Origin: Gammaproteobacteria bacterium
GTDB lineage: Bacteria; Pseudomonadota; Gammaproteobacteria; Eutrophobiales; Eutrophobiaceae
Reading direction: 5' to 3'
Length of the DNA: 64,000 bases
Assembly (NCBI GenBank): GCA_965221455.1
Contig: OZ244890.1
Span: 415,623-479,622, forward strand
Positions 1-10,620 of this stretch are shown one piece after another. Numbering within the stretch: the first letter of the stretch is position 1; every line of letters starts with the position of its first letter. Both the position numbers and the translations under genes were made by a program. The notes beneath the pieces were generated by a model. It searched no databases. It had not been told where the DNA came from and saw only the letters and a list, made by a program, of their open reading frames with translations.

Positions 1-15
1 AATCAAGAAGCAGGC

Positions 16-1203
16 ATGCCGCCCAAAGATAAAATGACAGCAATTGAATTAAAGGCAAGCCTGGGCCTGGCGGGTGTCTTATTCCTCAGGATGTCTGGCT
101 TGTTCCTGATCTTGCCGGTATTCACGCTCTACGCCAGAACACTCACCGAATCAACGCCTACCCTGATTGGGCTTGCATTCGGCATCTACGGCCTGACTCA
201 GGCTTCCTTGCAGATCCCCTTTGGTATGATGTCAGACAGGCTGGGCCGGAAACCCGTCATTGTTACGGGCTTACTAATATTTGCAGCGGGGAGTCTGATC
301 GCCAGCCAGGCGGATTCTATCTGGGTAATGATTCTAGGGCGCATATTACAAGGTGCCGGGGCAATTTCATCTGCACTCATGGCCCTGGCTGCCGATCTCA
401 CTCGTGATGAACAAAGAACCAAGGCGATGGCCATGATTGGGGTCAGTGTCGGTTTTACATTTTCCCTTTCATTCGTCGCGGGTCCGGTATTGGATGCCAT
501 GATTGGTGTCTCCGGAATATTTATCCTCAGTACGATACTGGCGGTACTCGCCATCATCGTGCTGTATCTACTGGTGCCAACACCTGAAAGTTCCCACTTC
601 CATAATGATACTGAAGTCTCATCCGCAGTGCTGGGAAATGTTTTGAAGGATCGTAATTTACTCAAACTAAATCTGGGTATCTTCATACTCCATGCGATCT
701 TGATATCAAACTTTATCGCTGTTCCGCTGGCGTTACAGGATCTCGCTGGATTGGCATCTTCCCGACATTGGCAGGTGTATCTGCCCGTTTTACTTGCTTC
801 CGTCGTATTTATGATGCCCGCAATCATCATCGGGGAGCGCACACAAACGTCCGGATTTTATTTCAGAGCCGCCGTGTTGATACTTCTGTTGTCGCAAATA
901 GGTTACTTTTTTTGTCACAACACGCTAATGGGATTGGCTACCATGCTTTTGCTGTTTTTCACAGCCTTTAATTATCTGGAAGCGTCCCTGCCCTCATTGA
1001 TTTCAACAGTATCGTCTAAAAACAGCAAGGGTACAGCGTTAGGTGTTTATGCCTCATCTCAATTTTTAGGGATGTTTACGGGAGGACTAATTGGTGGCAT
1101 TATCCATGAGCATTTCGGACTTTCAGCGGTGTTCATTTTTGGCAGCGTCATGACGCTGGTATGGCTCCTGGCAAGTTTACTTCCAACGGGCCGGACTCAG
1201 TGA
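16..1203 (+). CDS. MFS-family transporter
   Basis: The 395-aa ORF is hydrophobic throughout with about 12 predicted TM segments. It carries the MFS-type motif GMMSDRLGRKP after TM2. Confidence 0.75.
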   Translation: MPPKDKMTAIELKASLGLAGVLFLRMSGLFLILPVFTLYARTLTESTPTLIGLAFGIYGLTQASLQIPFGMMSDRLGRKPVIVTGLLIFAAGSLIASQADSIWVMILGRILQGAGAISSALMALAADLTRDEQRTKAMAMIGVSVGFTFSLSFVAGPVLDAMIGVSGIFILSTILAVLAIIVLYLLVPTPESSHFHNDTEVSSAVLGNVLKDRNLLKLNLGIFILHAILISNFIAVPLALQDLAGLASSRHWQVYLPVLLASVVFMMPAIIIGERTQTSGFYFRAAVLILLLSQIGYFFCHNTLMGLATMLLLFFTAFNYLEASLPSLISTVSSKNSKGTALGVYASSQFLGMFTGGLIGGIIHEHFGLSAVFIFGSVMTLVWLLASLLPTGRTQ

Positions 1204-1279
1204 ATAATATACTGACTAATAAACAACTTCAGCATAAAGACCGTGATAAGTTGATGGGGAAAATCAGGGGGAATTCAAG

Positions 1280-1729
1280 ATGGCTAGAGGTGTAAATAAA
1301 GCAATTATTTTGGGATCATTAGGACAAGATCCCGACATCAGATACACTGCCAGTGGTGCCGCAGTGGCAAATATCAGTATCGCGACCAACGAACAGTGGA
1401 AAGATAAAGAATCTGGTGAAATGCAGGAACGCACTGAGTGGCATCGTGTTGTATTTTTCGGGCGTCTGGCTGAAATCGTCGGTGAATATTTGCGTAAAGG
1501 CTCTCAGGTTTATATTGAAGGGCGCATACAAACGCGTAAATGGCAGGACAAAGAGGGACAGGATCGATATACAACAGAAATTGTCGCCAATGAAATGCAG
1601 ATGCTTGGAAGTAAAAGTGGTGGAACGACTGCAAGTTTTGACAAGACACCCGAACAGCAACAATCGGCACCTGCCACTACCGGTGAAAAAACTGCAAACG
1701 ATGACTTCGACGATGATATCCCGTTTTGA
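1280..1729 (+). CDS. ssb: single-stranded DNA-binding protein
   Basis: The N-terminal OB-fold region ([23 protein letters not shown]...[35 protein letters not shown]) is followed by a Gly/Gln-rich linker and the acidic tail DDDIPF. A purine-rich RBS (agggggaa) sits upstream of the ATG. Confidence 0.92.
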   Translation: MARGVNKAIILGSLGQDPDIRYTASGAAVANISIATNEQWKDKESGEMQERTEWHRVVFFGRLAEIVGEYLRKGSQVYIEGRIQTRKWQDKEGQDRYTTEIVANEMQMLGSKSGGTTASFDKTPEQQQSAPATTGEKTANDDFDDDIPF

Positions 1730-1790
1730 AAGCGCGGGAATTCGTCTGACTTGACACGAAATTTATTTTTGACGATACAAACCCGCCGGA

Positions 1791-4349
1791 TCAGTCCGTT
1801 CTTCTGGTGCGTTTATAACGTTGATGTTTCGCCATCCGCTCTATACCAACATCTTCCTGTTTATCAGTTTTAATCAATGGCACTTTGATCTCCCTTGGTT
1901 TGCCTATGTGATAACCCTGGGCATAATCAACACCGAGTTTTTTTAAACATCCTAGAATTTCTTCATTTTCAACAAATTCGGCGATAGTCTTTTTGCCCAT
2001 CAAGTGACCAATCTCATTGATTGATTTAACCATGGCTAAATCAATCGGATCGTCCACCATATCTCTGACAAACATCCCGTCAATCTTCAAAAAATCCACA
2101 GGTAAATTCTTTAAATACCCAAATGAAGAGACACCACTGCCAAAATCATCAAGTGCAAAGGAACAACCTTTCTTTTTTACTATATCAATGAATCGCGTTG
2201 CATTTGATAAACGGGATATCGCCACAGTTTCAGTTATTTCAAAACATATATCGGATGCCGGAACATTTCCGACATCCAATTTTCTATCGATATGATTGAG
2301 GAATGCTTCATCGCTTAATGAATGTCCAGATAAATTAATCGCGCAAGATATCAAACTTTTGCACTTATCAGAGAGATTTTCCATCCATGCATAGGCTGAA
2401 TCAAATACCCAACGATCAAGTTTAACAGAAAGATCATAACGCTCAGCTGCCGGCAAAAAAGCACCCGGAGGAATAATTGCGCCGTCTTCATCAACCATTC
2501 TTATCAAACATTCATAACGTTCTTGCTCACTATTGTTATCCTTTAGTGAAATAATAGGTTGCAAGTATAAACGTAGTCGGGCTTCGTCCAATGCGCGATT
2601 AATTTTACTCACCCATTGCATTTCACCCTGGAGAACCGCCAGGTCAGTATCCTGCGTATGATATGTGTGAACTCTATTTCGCCCTGCCTCCTTTGCTGCA
2701 TAGCAGGCTGCGTCCGCAGCGCTTAATATCTCGGAAGAACTGCCAGCGCTGTTATTGATAGGAACTAAACCAATACTGATACTGATAGAAAAGCGTTTAT
2801 CAGTCCAGACAAAATGAAATCTTTCAACTAATTTTCTTACATCTTGAGCGAGGCCTTCCGCCTGAGATAAGGAACAATTCTCTATTAACATGCCGAATTC
2901 ATCACCACCGAGTCGAGCAAGAGTATCCTTTTTACGTAGTTTTAACTTAAATAACTCTCCCAATTGTCTAAGTAGTTCATCCCCTGCCAAATGTCCGCAG
3001 GTGTCGTTAATCACCTTGAATTGATCGAGATCCATGTAGCATAAAGCATGTTCCTCACCTCCCACCATGTCATTGGCAATCAAATTTTCAAGTCGGAGTT
3101 CAAATTCCTGTCTGTTGAAGAGATCTGTTAATCTATCATGCTTCGCCTGATAAGATAACTGTTGAGAAAGTTTGTGAGCATCGGTAATATCTTCAGAAAC
3201 AATCAATAAATTTTCATCACCATCAATATTATTGATGACTCGTGCGGATTCCCTACCCCATATAATAGAACCGACTTTTTTAACCTTGCGAATTTCCCAG
3301 TCGTGCACATTATCCTGGTCAAGGAAACATGACTCAATATTGGCTTGATAGTTATCTCTATCTTCCCCAAGGATTATGTCCATCACTGAGCATCCAACAA
3401 GATCATCAACATGATAACCCAACTTCTCTGCACCAAACTTATTGACTGAGGTCATTACATTATTTTTATCGATGGTGAAAAACATCGCTGGAGTATTGTC
3501 ATATAGTGCACGGAACCGATTTTCACTTTCTTGCAGTCTCAAATCAGCCAATTTCTGCTGCGTTATATCTCTAATAAATGCGCTGAATGAAATAATTTCA
3601 TCACAATGAGAGTAAACGGGAGTAATTGTTAATTCGACCATAAAAGTATGGCCTGCTCGATTTTGCGCGTCGATTTCGATTCTTTTATTTAAAATACTCG
3701 ACGACTTGCCGGTTTTGACCAATCTACCTATACCATTCCTGTGCCCAGCCCTTTTCCCTTCAGGCACAATAAACTTTTCCAATAATTTTCCTATCACTTC
3801 ACTTTCAGTCCAACCGAATAATTTTTCTGCCTGTTTATTCCATCTGATTATTTCCCCCCTGGTATTAATTGCAACAAATGCGTCAAGTGAATTTTCAAGA
3901 ACATTTCTATTTAATACTTCCTGACCAGCAAGTGCTTTTATTCTCTGAACCCTTTCGAATCCTGAACTTGCCAATACTGCAAATGTTTGCATAATCGCGA
4001 TTAGCTTTTTCTTATCGTCAAACGGGGAGGTGTCAAAAATTGAAATATGACCAAGAACGAGGTTTGATGATGAGACAATAGAGCAAACAAGGTGGTTTTC
4101 CACTCCCATTCTCCTAACTTCAACTTCAGGAAATAGTTCTTGTGTGACTTCTACAACATATTGACATGAGGTTTCATGAACACTGCATTCGGTGCTCCTG
4201 TGCTCAAGGAAATCACTATTCGCACAAAAAGCCACTATGTCAACATGACCAGTTGGATTTTCATCGTTGATTAGGCTGATAAAAACATATTGTGCTTTTG
4301 TGAGAAAAGCCAGGTTTGACACTAACTCCCTAAAAAAAGAATCATCCAT
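1791..4349 (-). CDS. GAF/PAS/GGDEF/EAL c-di-GMP signalling protein
   Basis: The 852-aa protein has an N-terminal GAF-like region and PAS repeats. It contains the GGDEF motif (RLGGDEFGML) and a C-terminal EAL-type domain (ECLIRM...). Confidence 0.8.
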   Translation of the reverse strand: MDDSFFRELVSNLAFLTKAQYVFISLINDENPTGHVDIVAFCANSDFLEHRSTECSVHETSCQYVVEVTQELFPEVEVRRMGVENHLVCSIVSSSNLVLGHISIFDTSPFDDKKKLIAIMQTFAVLASSGFERVQRIKALAGQEVLNRNVLENSLDAFVAINTRGEIIRWNKQAEKLFGWTESEVIGKLLEKFIVPEGKRAGHRNGIGRLVKTGKSSSILNKRIEIDAQNRAGHTFMVELTITPVYSHCDEIISFSAFIRDITQQKLADLRLQESENRFRALYDNTPAMFFTIDKNNVMTSVNKFGAEKLGYHVDDLVGCSVMDIILGEDRDNYQANIESCFLDQDNVHDWEIRKVKKVGSIIWGRESARVINNIDGDENLLIVSEDITDAHKLSQQLSYQAKHDRLTDLFNRQEFELRLENLIANDMVGGEEHALCYMDLDQFKVINDTCGHLAGDELLRQLGELFKLKLRKKDTLARLGGDEFGMLIENCSLSQAEGLAQDVRKLVERFHFVWTDKRFSISISIGLVPINNSAGSSSEILSAADAACYAAKEAGRNRVHTYHTQDTDLAVLQGEMQWVSKINRALDEARLRLYLQPIISLKDNNSEQERYECLIRMVDEDGAIIPPGAFLPAAERYDLSVKLDRWVFDSAYAWMENLSDKCKSLISCAINLSGHSLSDEAFLNHIDRKLDVGNVPASDICFEITETVAISRLSNATRFIDIVKKKGCSFALDDFGSGVSSFGYLKNLPVDFLKIDGMFVRDMVDDPIDLAMVKSINEIGHLMGKKTIAEFVENEEILGCLKKLGVDYAQGYHIGKPREIKVPLIKTDKQEDVGIERMAKHQRYKRTRRTD

Positions 4350-4437
4350 AATTAATCATCCACAAGAGAGCCTCTAATCTTATCTTCCGTTGTTTCGCAT
4401 TTTAATGGAATAAGCTACGTTATTAGGGCACCTGATT

Positions 4438-5420
4438 TTACCGCATCAATGAATTTACACATTTAGTGAATTGAGCTAAAAATTCCAGCTCTTTGTTAAA
4501 GACAAACATCATCACGAAGAGATTTGTGATAGCAACAATCAAGAATACCACCGGGATCATGATTTCCACTGAAATTAGCACTATCATTGAAACGATGGAA
4601 ACCACCATGAAAAAAGCGTTGATAATATTATTCGCAGCAATGACCCTGGAACGATGACAGGGATCACTTCCTTTTTGTACCAGTTTATACAAAGGCACCA
4701 TATATAATCCTCCTGATTAATGCGATCATACTAAAGTCAATCAGAATGCGCCAGTGATTGGAATGGTCAAGGAACATACCAATCGTTGGTGACATATTGC
4801 TCTCTGATAATTCAATCACAGGCAATAAAATAAATGCCATATCTGTTGCAAATAAAATGCAAACCAATCGCACCGACAGGTACAGTCCCGGAACCATGAT
4901 ATTCCAATAATCGCCCGGAAAACCGGTTCAGGCGCACCAGCCTCAGGTATTAAACGACTGGCGATCCAACCCGCTGTTGCAAATAAAACAATCGCAATTG
5001 CAACATGAAGACCGCCGTTTGGATCCGCCGAGATTAAAATACCACCTAAAATAGTTCCTAACAAAATAACTGTGTAAGTTCCCATCTGACAAATGCTGCG
5101 GAAGAATACTGTATTGCAGTGGTCCAAATAATGTTGATTGTGTTCCCATGGAAAACAAAACTTATGAGTAACAAGGGCAAACTCATTAAGTAAAAACCGG
5201 TAATTGCCAGACACATTAATGACAATTTCAGCTATTTTTGACTTGGCGTATTAAAATCGACTTTCAAATTTATCAGCAAGCTATCCTGCTGTTGCTGAAA
5301 AGAGAAAGACAGGCAGTATAAATACACCAACAGCGACAAGCACCAGAATGCTGCCACTGACACCCATTGTACTGGCCAGGGAAAACGCTATTAAAATGAC
5401 AATGGCCATTCTTAAAATAC
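4438..5420 (-). pseudogene. fragmented membrane transporter remnant (MFS-like), frameshifted
   Basis: Four or five short minus-strand ORFs in different frames are each highly hydrophobic and TM-like (for example GGILISADPNGGLHVAIAIVLFATAGWIASRLIP). Together they cover a gene-sized block, and no single frame stays open. Confidence 0.35.
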
Positions 5421-5605
5421 GTTGTCATTCAACACTCCCGGGAATCAGGTGCAGAATACAGGCAGAAACCGATTGTTTTTTAGTAATGCAAACTGGTTCA
5501 TGATCAGTATGCCAGGATATTGAATGTTTCATTTCTGCCTGAGTGGTCCGCTGAATTGGAAATCATACTGACACAAAATCTAGAGAGAGGGAAACAGAGA
5601 CAATC

Positions 5606-6762
5606 ATGGGCATTGTTACTGACATCAAGTTATTGAAAAACAGACGCACTAAAATTCTGGCCACACCGGGACCCGCCTCTAATTCGGCAAAAGTCATCAC
5701 ACGATTAATCGAAACCGGTGTCAATTTATTTCGCTTAAACATGTCCCATGGCGAACCTGTTATTGTCACCACACGCGAAGTTGCAGGAGAAACCGGACTG
5801 ATTCCTTCTCAATACAAAGCCCTGACAAACGATGTCAAAGCCGAAAATCGTATACTGCTTGACGATGGTAATCTTGAGCTTAAAGTGGAAAGCGTTGACG
5901 GCACTGAAATTACATGCACCGTTGTCTGTGGCGGAATTTTAAAAAATAATAAAGGCATTAACCTGATTGGTGTTAACGTCTCAGCACCTTCACTGACAGA
6001 CAAAGATCGTGAAGATGCACAATTTGCATTGGGACTGGGTGTGGATTTTCTGGCATTATCTTTTGTCAGGTGTGCAAAAGATATGGATGATCCAGGCAGG
6101 TTCCAGTTGCCCAAAGTCAATTAATCGACAGGGCCAGACGCAAATTCAAGCCTGCCATCGTGGCTACCCAAATGCTGGAATCCATGATCGAAAACGCCAG
6201 ACCGACTCGCGCTGAAGTCACAGATATCGCTTATGCAGCCACACTTGGTGCTGATGCGGTGATGTTATCTGCTGAATCAGCCACCGGTAGTTTCCCCGTT
6301 GAATCTGTAGAAATGATGGATAGTATTTTGCGACAAACTGAAGCAGTGCTCTGGCAAACCGGCGCTTATGGCACTGCATTAAATACCCCGGATAAGTTAC
6401 CCGTCCCGATATGGGAATCTACGGCGAATGCAAGCAATAGTCTGGCACGAGACTTGATGGCACATGCGCTTATCGTTATTTCTCAGGAAGGCACGTCTGC
6501 TGCAACCATAAGTTCTGCACGACCTGCGGCACCGGTAATTGCGATTTCAAATCAGGTAAATACTTGCAGAAAAATGGCACTAATGTGGAGTATTATCCCC
6601 GTACTGGTTGAAGAAAAAGACATGGGTGATCATAACAACCTGGCAAGAAAAATTGCCAGAGATCTGGAACTGGCAAGTGCAGGAGATACCGTTTTGATGG
6701 TAAAGGGCTTGCACAAAGAGCCGGAATTGAACCGCCCGTCAATCACAATTGTGACTGTTTAA
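5606..6762 (+). pseudogene. pyk: pyruvate kinase, eroded (frameshift plus internal deletions)
   Basis: ORF1 (5606-6124) matches the PK N-terminus (RRTKILATPGPAS...LFRLNMSHG) and B-domain (ILLDDGNLELKVESVDGTEITCTV). ORF2 (6160-6762, GTG start) matches the PK C-terminal half (ATQMLESMI..PTRAEVTD...DAVMLSAESA). The ORF2 frame in fact extends back to 6091 (SRQVPVAQSQLIDRARRKFKPAIVATQML, matching the VEIPVEEV..RARKVVITATQML region). About 50 aa after SHG and about 45 aa (including the ARGDLG region) are missing, and the frame changes at about 6088. Confidence 0.7.
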
Positions 6763-6805
6763 AGTTTACCTGTACTTAACTTACTGCACTATTCCCGGGA
6801 AATAT

Positions 6806-7294
6806 TTAGCGGTATTTATACACCGGCTCGGCGCCATCTGCTGCGGTCTGATATTTTACAGACAGTTCGGTAAATGCGTTCAAGGCATCTTCCAGATTTT
6901 TGTCTTCTCTTAACTGAAAAGCGTTAATGCCACTGCGCTGCATATAGAAAAGTTGATCACGTAAAACATCACCGACTGCGCGTAGTTCACCTTTAAAGTT
7001 GTATCTGTCACGTAACAGACGTGCGTTTGAGTAGGAACGTCCATCAACAAATGCGGGAAAATCCAGCGCAATTAAATCAAAGTGTTCAATATCCTTTGCA
7101 ACTTCATACATGTCATCGTCACCGTTAATACAGATCCCTAATTTTCCTTCTCTACTCATCAAAGTATCCTTATGTTCTAGCCAATAAGCGCAAGGGATAA
7201 TGACATCACCTGCGGGCAAACTCGCATCCGGCTCTATTTCTGACAGTCTTTTCCAACCATCTTCAACAATGACCTGATCTTTAATAATTTTCAT
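6806..7294 (-). CDS. DUF934-family protein (sulfite-reductase-associated)
   Basis: The 162-aa ORF lies immediately downstream of, and overlapping by 4 nt with, the cysI-like gene. This is the usual DUF934 position next to sulfite reductase in proteobacteria. Confidence 0.55.
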   Translation of the reverse strand: MKIIKDQVIVEDGWKRLSEIEPDASLPAGDVIIPCAYWLEHKDTLMSREGKLGICINGDDDMYEVAKDIEHFDLIALDFPAFVDGRSYSNARLLRDRYNFKGELRAVGDVLRDQLFYMQRSGINAFQLREDKNLEDALNAFTELSVKYQTAADGAEPVYKYR

Positions 7295-8997
7295 TTCTCT
7301 GCCCTCGCCCTCCAGGCACCAACGGCCGTCTTTCCTTGCGCATATTTTTCCGGATAAACTCTCCGCCTGTAAGATTCAATGCCAATCCGACGGTAAGTGT
7401 TGAGAAAAGATTCATCTTCGTAGCGATGCTCAATATAAACATCAAGCAGTTGAGCTATTGTCTCAGCAACTTTCTCTTTCTCAATCCCGGGACCCAAACG
7501 ATCACCTAATATTGCATCATTTTCGGCAGATCCACCCAAGGTCAATTGATAGAACTCAACACCTTTTTTCTCCACGCCCAATATACCAATATGACCAACA
7601 TGATGATGGCCACAAGCATTCATACAACCCGACATTTTGATCTTGATTTCACCAATATCATGCAAATAATCCATATCATGGAATTTTTCATTGATCTGTT
7701 TCGCGATTGGAATGGAACCTGCGTTGGCAAGCGAGCAAAAATCCAGTCCCGGACAACAAATCATATCCGTTAGCAAACCGATGTTGGGCGTTGCCAATCC
7801 ATGTTCAGACAGCGATTCCCATAAGGGAAACAAATCCGATTTCTTGACATGGGGCATAACAAAATTCTGCTCATGAGTAGTCACAATCTCACCGAAACTA
7901 TATTTATCAATTAAGTCGGCAAGATGTTCCATTTGTACATCTGTAACATCGCCTGGGGCAACGGTCGGGGCTTTTAGTGAAATGACAACTGCACGATAAC
8001 CATCTATCTTATGTGAAACAATATTTCGACCGACCCATGCGGCGAAGGCCGGATTAGTGGATTGATGTTTATCGAAACTGGTATCTGCATCCGCATCAAC
8101 TTCATAATTCGGTAGCATAAATTGTGCACTCACACGATCAATTTCTTTCTGATCCAGTAACAATGCAGAATCTTTAATGTAAGACCATTCTTCTTCAACC
8201 ATTTCAGTAAATTTTTCAATGCCTGTTGCATTCACAAGAATCTTGATTCTTGCCTTGTATTTATTATCTCGCCTGCCAAACCGGTTGTAGATGCGCAAAA
8301 TGGCTTCCATGTAAGAAAGCAAATGTTTCTTTTCAAGAAATTCCCGAATAACTTTGCCGATGACAGGCGTACGACCAAGTCCACCACCAACGAGCACCTT
8401 GAATCCAATATCGCCCTCTTTATTTCTTACCAGGTATAGGCCTATGTCATGTACCTGTACCGCTGCACGATCATGTTCTGCACCTGATACCGCAAATTTA
8501 AATTTACGTGGAAGATAGGCAAACTCGGGATGAAGCGTTGACCATTGGCGTAAAATTTCACAATAAGGCCTTGGATCTTCTATTTCATCTTCAGCAATCC
8601 CGGAAAACTGATCAGAAGTAATATTTCGAATGCAGTTACCACTGGATTGAATGGCATGCATTTGTACGCTGGCTAAATCCGCCAAAATATCAGGGACAGT
8701 CTCAAGTTTCGGCCAATTGTATTGTATATTCTGACGCGTACTAATATGACCATAATTCTTGTCGTACTTACGTGAGATATGTGCAAGCATGCGCAGTTGT
8801 CTGGAAGACAACAGACCGTACGGAATGTCTACACGCAACATTGGCGCATGCGTCTGAATATATAGACCGTTCATCAGTCGCAATGGCCTGAATTCGTCCC
8901 CTGATAGTTCTCCCGCAAGAAAACGCCGAGTTTGATCCCGAAATTGCTCTACACGCTCGTCGACTATCTTCTGGTCATAATTATCATACTGATACAT
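7291..8997 (-). CDS. cysI: sulfite reductase hemoprotein (nitrite/sulfite reductase family, siroheme/4Fe-4S)
   Basis: The 568-aa protein starts MYQYDNYDQKIVDERVEQFRDQTRRFLAGELSGDEFRPLRLMNGLYIQ, typical of the Pseudomonas-type CysI N-terminus. It also carries the Cys cluster CCPGLDFC...GCMNACGHHHVGHIGILG. Confidence 0.85.
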   Translation of the reverse strand: MYQYDNYDQKIVDERVEQFRDQTRRFLAGELSGDEFRPLRLMNGLYIQTHAPMLRVDIPYGLLSSRQLRMLAHISRKYDKNYGHISTRQNIQYNWPKLETVPDILADLASVQMHAIQSSGNCIRNITSDQFSGIAEDEIEDPRPYCEILRQWSTLHPEFAYLPRKFKFAVSGAEHDRAAVQVHDIGLYLVRNKEGDIGFKVLVGGGLGRTPVIGKVIREFLEKKHLLSYMEAILRIYNRFGRRDNKYKARIKILVNATGIEKFTEMVEEEWSYIKDSALLLDQKEIDRVSAQFMLPNYEVDADADTSFDKHQSTNPAFAAWVGRNIVSHKIDGYRAVVISLKAPTVAPGDVTDVQMEHLADLIDKYSFGEIVTTHEQNFVMPHVKKSDLFPLWESLSEHGLATPNIGLLTDMICCPGLDFCSLANAGSIPIAKQINEKFHDMDYLHDIGEIKIKMSGCMNACGHHHVGHIGILGVEKKGVEFYQLTLGGSAENDAILGDRLGPGIEKEKVAETIAQLLDVYIEHRYEDESFLNTYRRIGIESYRRRVYPEKYAQGKTAVGAWRARAEK

Positions 8998-9200
8998 CTG
9001 TTCCTGCCATAATTAGGTAGCTGATTGTATTAGGGAGCCATATTCTAACGGGGGGAGGATATAGCAACAAGTCTTTAATCCTAAAAGAAATTAACTCGAC
9101 CAAGCCTGGTCCAATTCACCATTACAACAGTCCTTGTGTTGTTTAGTGAATGTGACAAGCCCAAGATTTCTGCACCATTTTCAAAGTTAGGGTTTCTGGT

Positions 9201-10049
9201 TTAAGCAACTTTTTGTTGTCTGTTTTCTTGCTCCCAGCGTTCCCTGAATAGCTGTGGTGTTAAACCTTTCAGCGACCCATGGGGACGGTAGGTATTATAC
9301 GCTTCCACCCATTGATGAATTATCATGGTAGCTTCACGGAGCGACCGGAATTGCCATTTGTTCAGGCAATCATCCCTGAAGATACCGTTGTAACTTTCGT
9401 TATAGCCGTTCTGCCAGGGACTACCGGGTTCAATGAAATGCGCCCGCACACCTGATTCAGATAAGAGTCCCCGCACTACCCTGGCCAGAAATTCGCTGCC
9501 GTTGTCGCTGCGTATAAACTCCGGCTGACCATGCAAGGCAAATAACCGCCGTAATTCCTGTTTCACATCACCCGAGGTAAACGAACAACGTGGAGCAACG
9601 GCATACGATTCCCGGGTAAATTCATCCACCACGGTCAGGATTTTCACCCGCCTACCACATTCAGTCGCATCCATGACAAAATCATAAGCCCACACATGAC
9701 TGGGATACTTTGCCTGTAGTAACGGCGCATCTGTTCCCAAATACCGCTTTTTACGCTGCTTCCTGCGTACCTGCAGCCCTTCACGTTGACGGATTAACCG
9801 CACCCGCTCCCGACCAATCTGCGCCCCATCCAACTTCATCCGCTCATGAACCTTCCGATACCCCCAGCGAGCCTGATGCTCCGAGAGTTCAATGACTCGC
9901 TGCTCCTTGTCACACAGCGACCTTGACCGTTTCAGACTCCGCTTCGTGTTCCGGTTCAGTCTCAACACCTTACATACCCGACGTTCACTCACCCGGTAAG
10001 CTTCCCACAGATATTCAGTCGCATGAGCCTTGTCAGATGGGGCTACCAT
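9201..10049 (-). CDS. IS3-family transposase OrfB (DDE integrase core)
   Basis: The 282-aa ORF has the DDE region WAYDFVMDATECGRRVKILTVVDEFTRE...IRSDNGSEF...PWQNGYNESYNG. Confidence 0.85.
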   Translation of the reverse strand: MVAPSDKAHATEYLWEAYRVSERRVCKVLRLNRNTKRSLKRSRSLCDKEQRVIELSEHQARWGYRKVHERMKLDGAQIGRERVRLIRQREGLQVRRKQRKKRYLGTDAPLLQAKYPSHVWAYDFVMDATECGRRVKILTVVDEFTRESYAVAPRCSFTSGDVKQELRRLFALHGQPEFIRSDNGSEFLARVVRGLLSESGVRAHFIEPGSPWQNGYNESYNGIFRDDCLNKWQFRSLREATMIIHQWVEAYNTYRPHGSLKGLTPQLFRERWEQENRQQKVA

Positions 10050-10306
10050 TTTTTTGCATTCACATCCTGCAACATCCGGATATCAAGAGCCTGTTCTGCC
10101 ACCATCTTCTTCAACTCGCTGTTTTCCTTCTCCAAGCCCTTCAGACGTCTGGCTTGTGAGATATCCATCCCCCCATACTTGTTACGCCAGCGATAAAAAC
10201 TCTGCTCCGTAATATTGTGTTTGCGGCACACATCACGAGTATTCCTTGACTGCTCCGCTTCATGCAGAATCCGAATAATCTGTTCTTCAGTAAATCGTTT
10301 CTTCAT
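10043..10306 (-). CDS. IS3-family transposase OrfA (HTH)
   Basis: The 87-aa ORF (MKKRFTEEQIIRILHEAEQ...) has the HTH and leucine-zipper-like region typical of IS3 OrfA. It ends ...NAKKW, overlapping orfB. Confidence 0.8.
   Translation of the reverse strand: MKKRFTEEQIIRILHEAEQSRNTRDVCRKHNITEQSFYRWRNKYGGMDISQARRLKGLEKENSELKKMVAEQALDIRMLQDVNAKKW
10049..10055 (-). promoter_or_regulatory. programmed -1 ribosomal frameshift site (A AAA AAA) in the orfA/orfB overlap
   Basis: On the minus strand the sequence reads gcA AAA AAA tgg tag in the orfA frame. A -1 slip gives ...KKMVAPSDKAH, which is the orfB N-terminus. Confidence 0.55.
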
Positions 10307-10620
10307 TGGTTACTCCTTCGTGTTGGAGAAACCCTAACATAATCTCTGGTGCAATTATCGCAGGGCGATCCAAATGTGTCCGTCATGGTTGCTATTTAGC
10401 AAAAATTCGACTTTTATCCATGGGATAACCTTCGGTATCCGATGTCGCTAACAACAAATGTATGTAACAACCATTATGTGTTCTGTTCCAGCGCAATACA
10501 CCATGCGATCACCAAAAGACATTCCAGTAATTCAACTATCCGCCGCCTCGCAATCTCGAGACCCATATCATTTGCATGCTCCATCTATCGACTATATAAC
10601 ATATTAACTCTTGCACATAT

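Larger units (their letters stand above)
9171..10353. mobile_element. IS3-family insertion sequence, apparently intact (about 1.18 kb)
   Basis: Terminal inverted repeats are present: TGCACCAttttcaaaGTTAGGGTTTCT at 9171 and its reverse complement (agaaaccctaacataatctcTGGTGCA) ending at 10353. Inside are orfA and orfB in the -1 overlap arrangement. Confidence 0.8.

Noticed and set aside
198-971. Antisense/overlapping ORFs inside the MFS gene (198-842 minus strand, 768-971 plus strand). Similar embedded ORFs occur inside most long CDSs, for example 2017-2295, 3706-3924, 7458-7876, 20206-22707, 26105-26847 and 53620-58647.
   Set aside because: They are wholly contained within stronger, domain-bearing CDSs on the other strand or frame. 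They have no motifs or RBS and their composition is typical of shadow ORFs.
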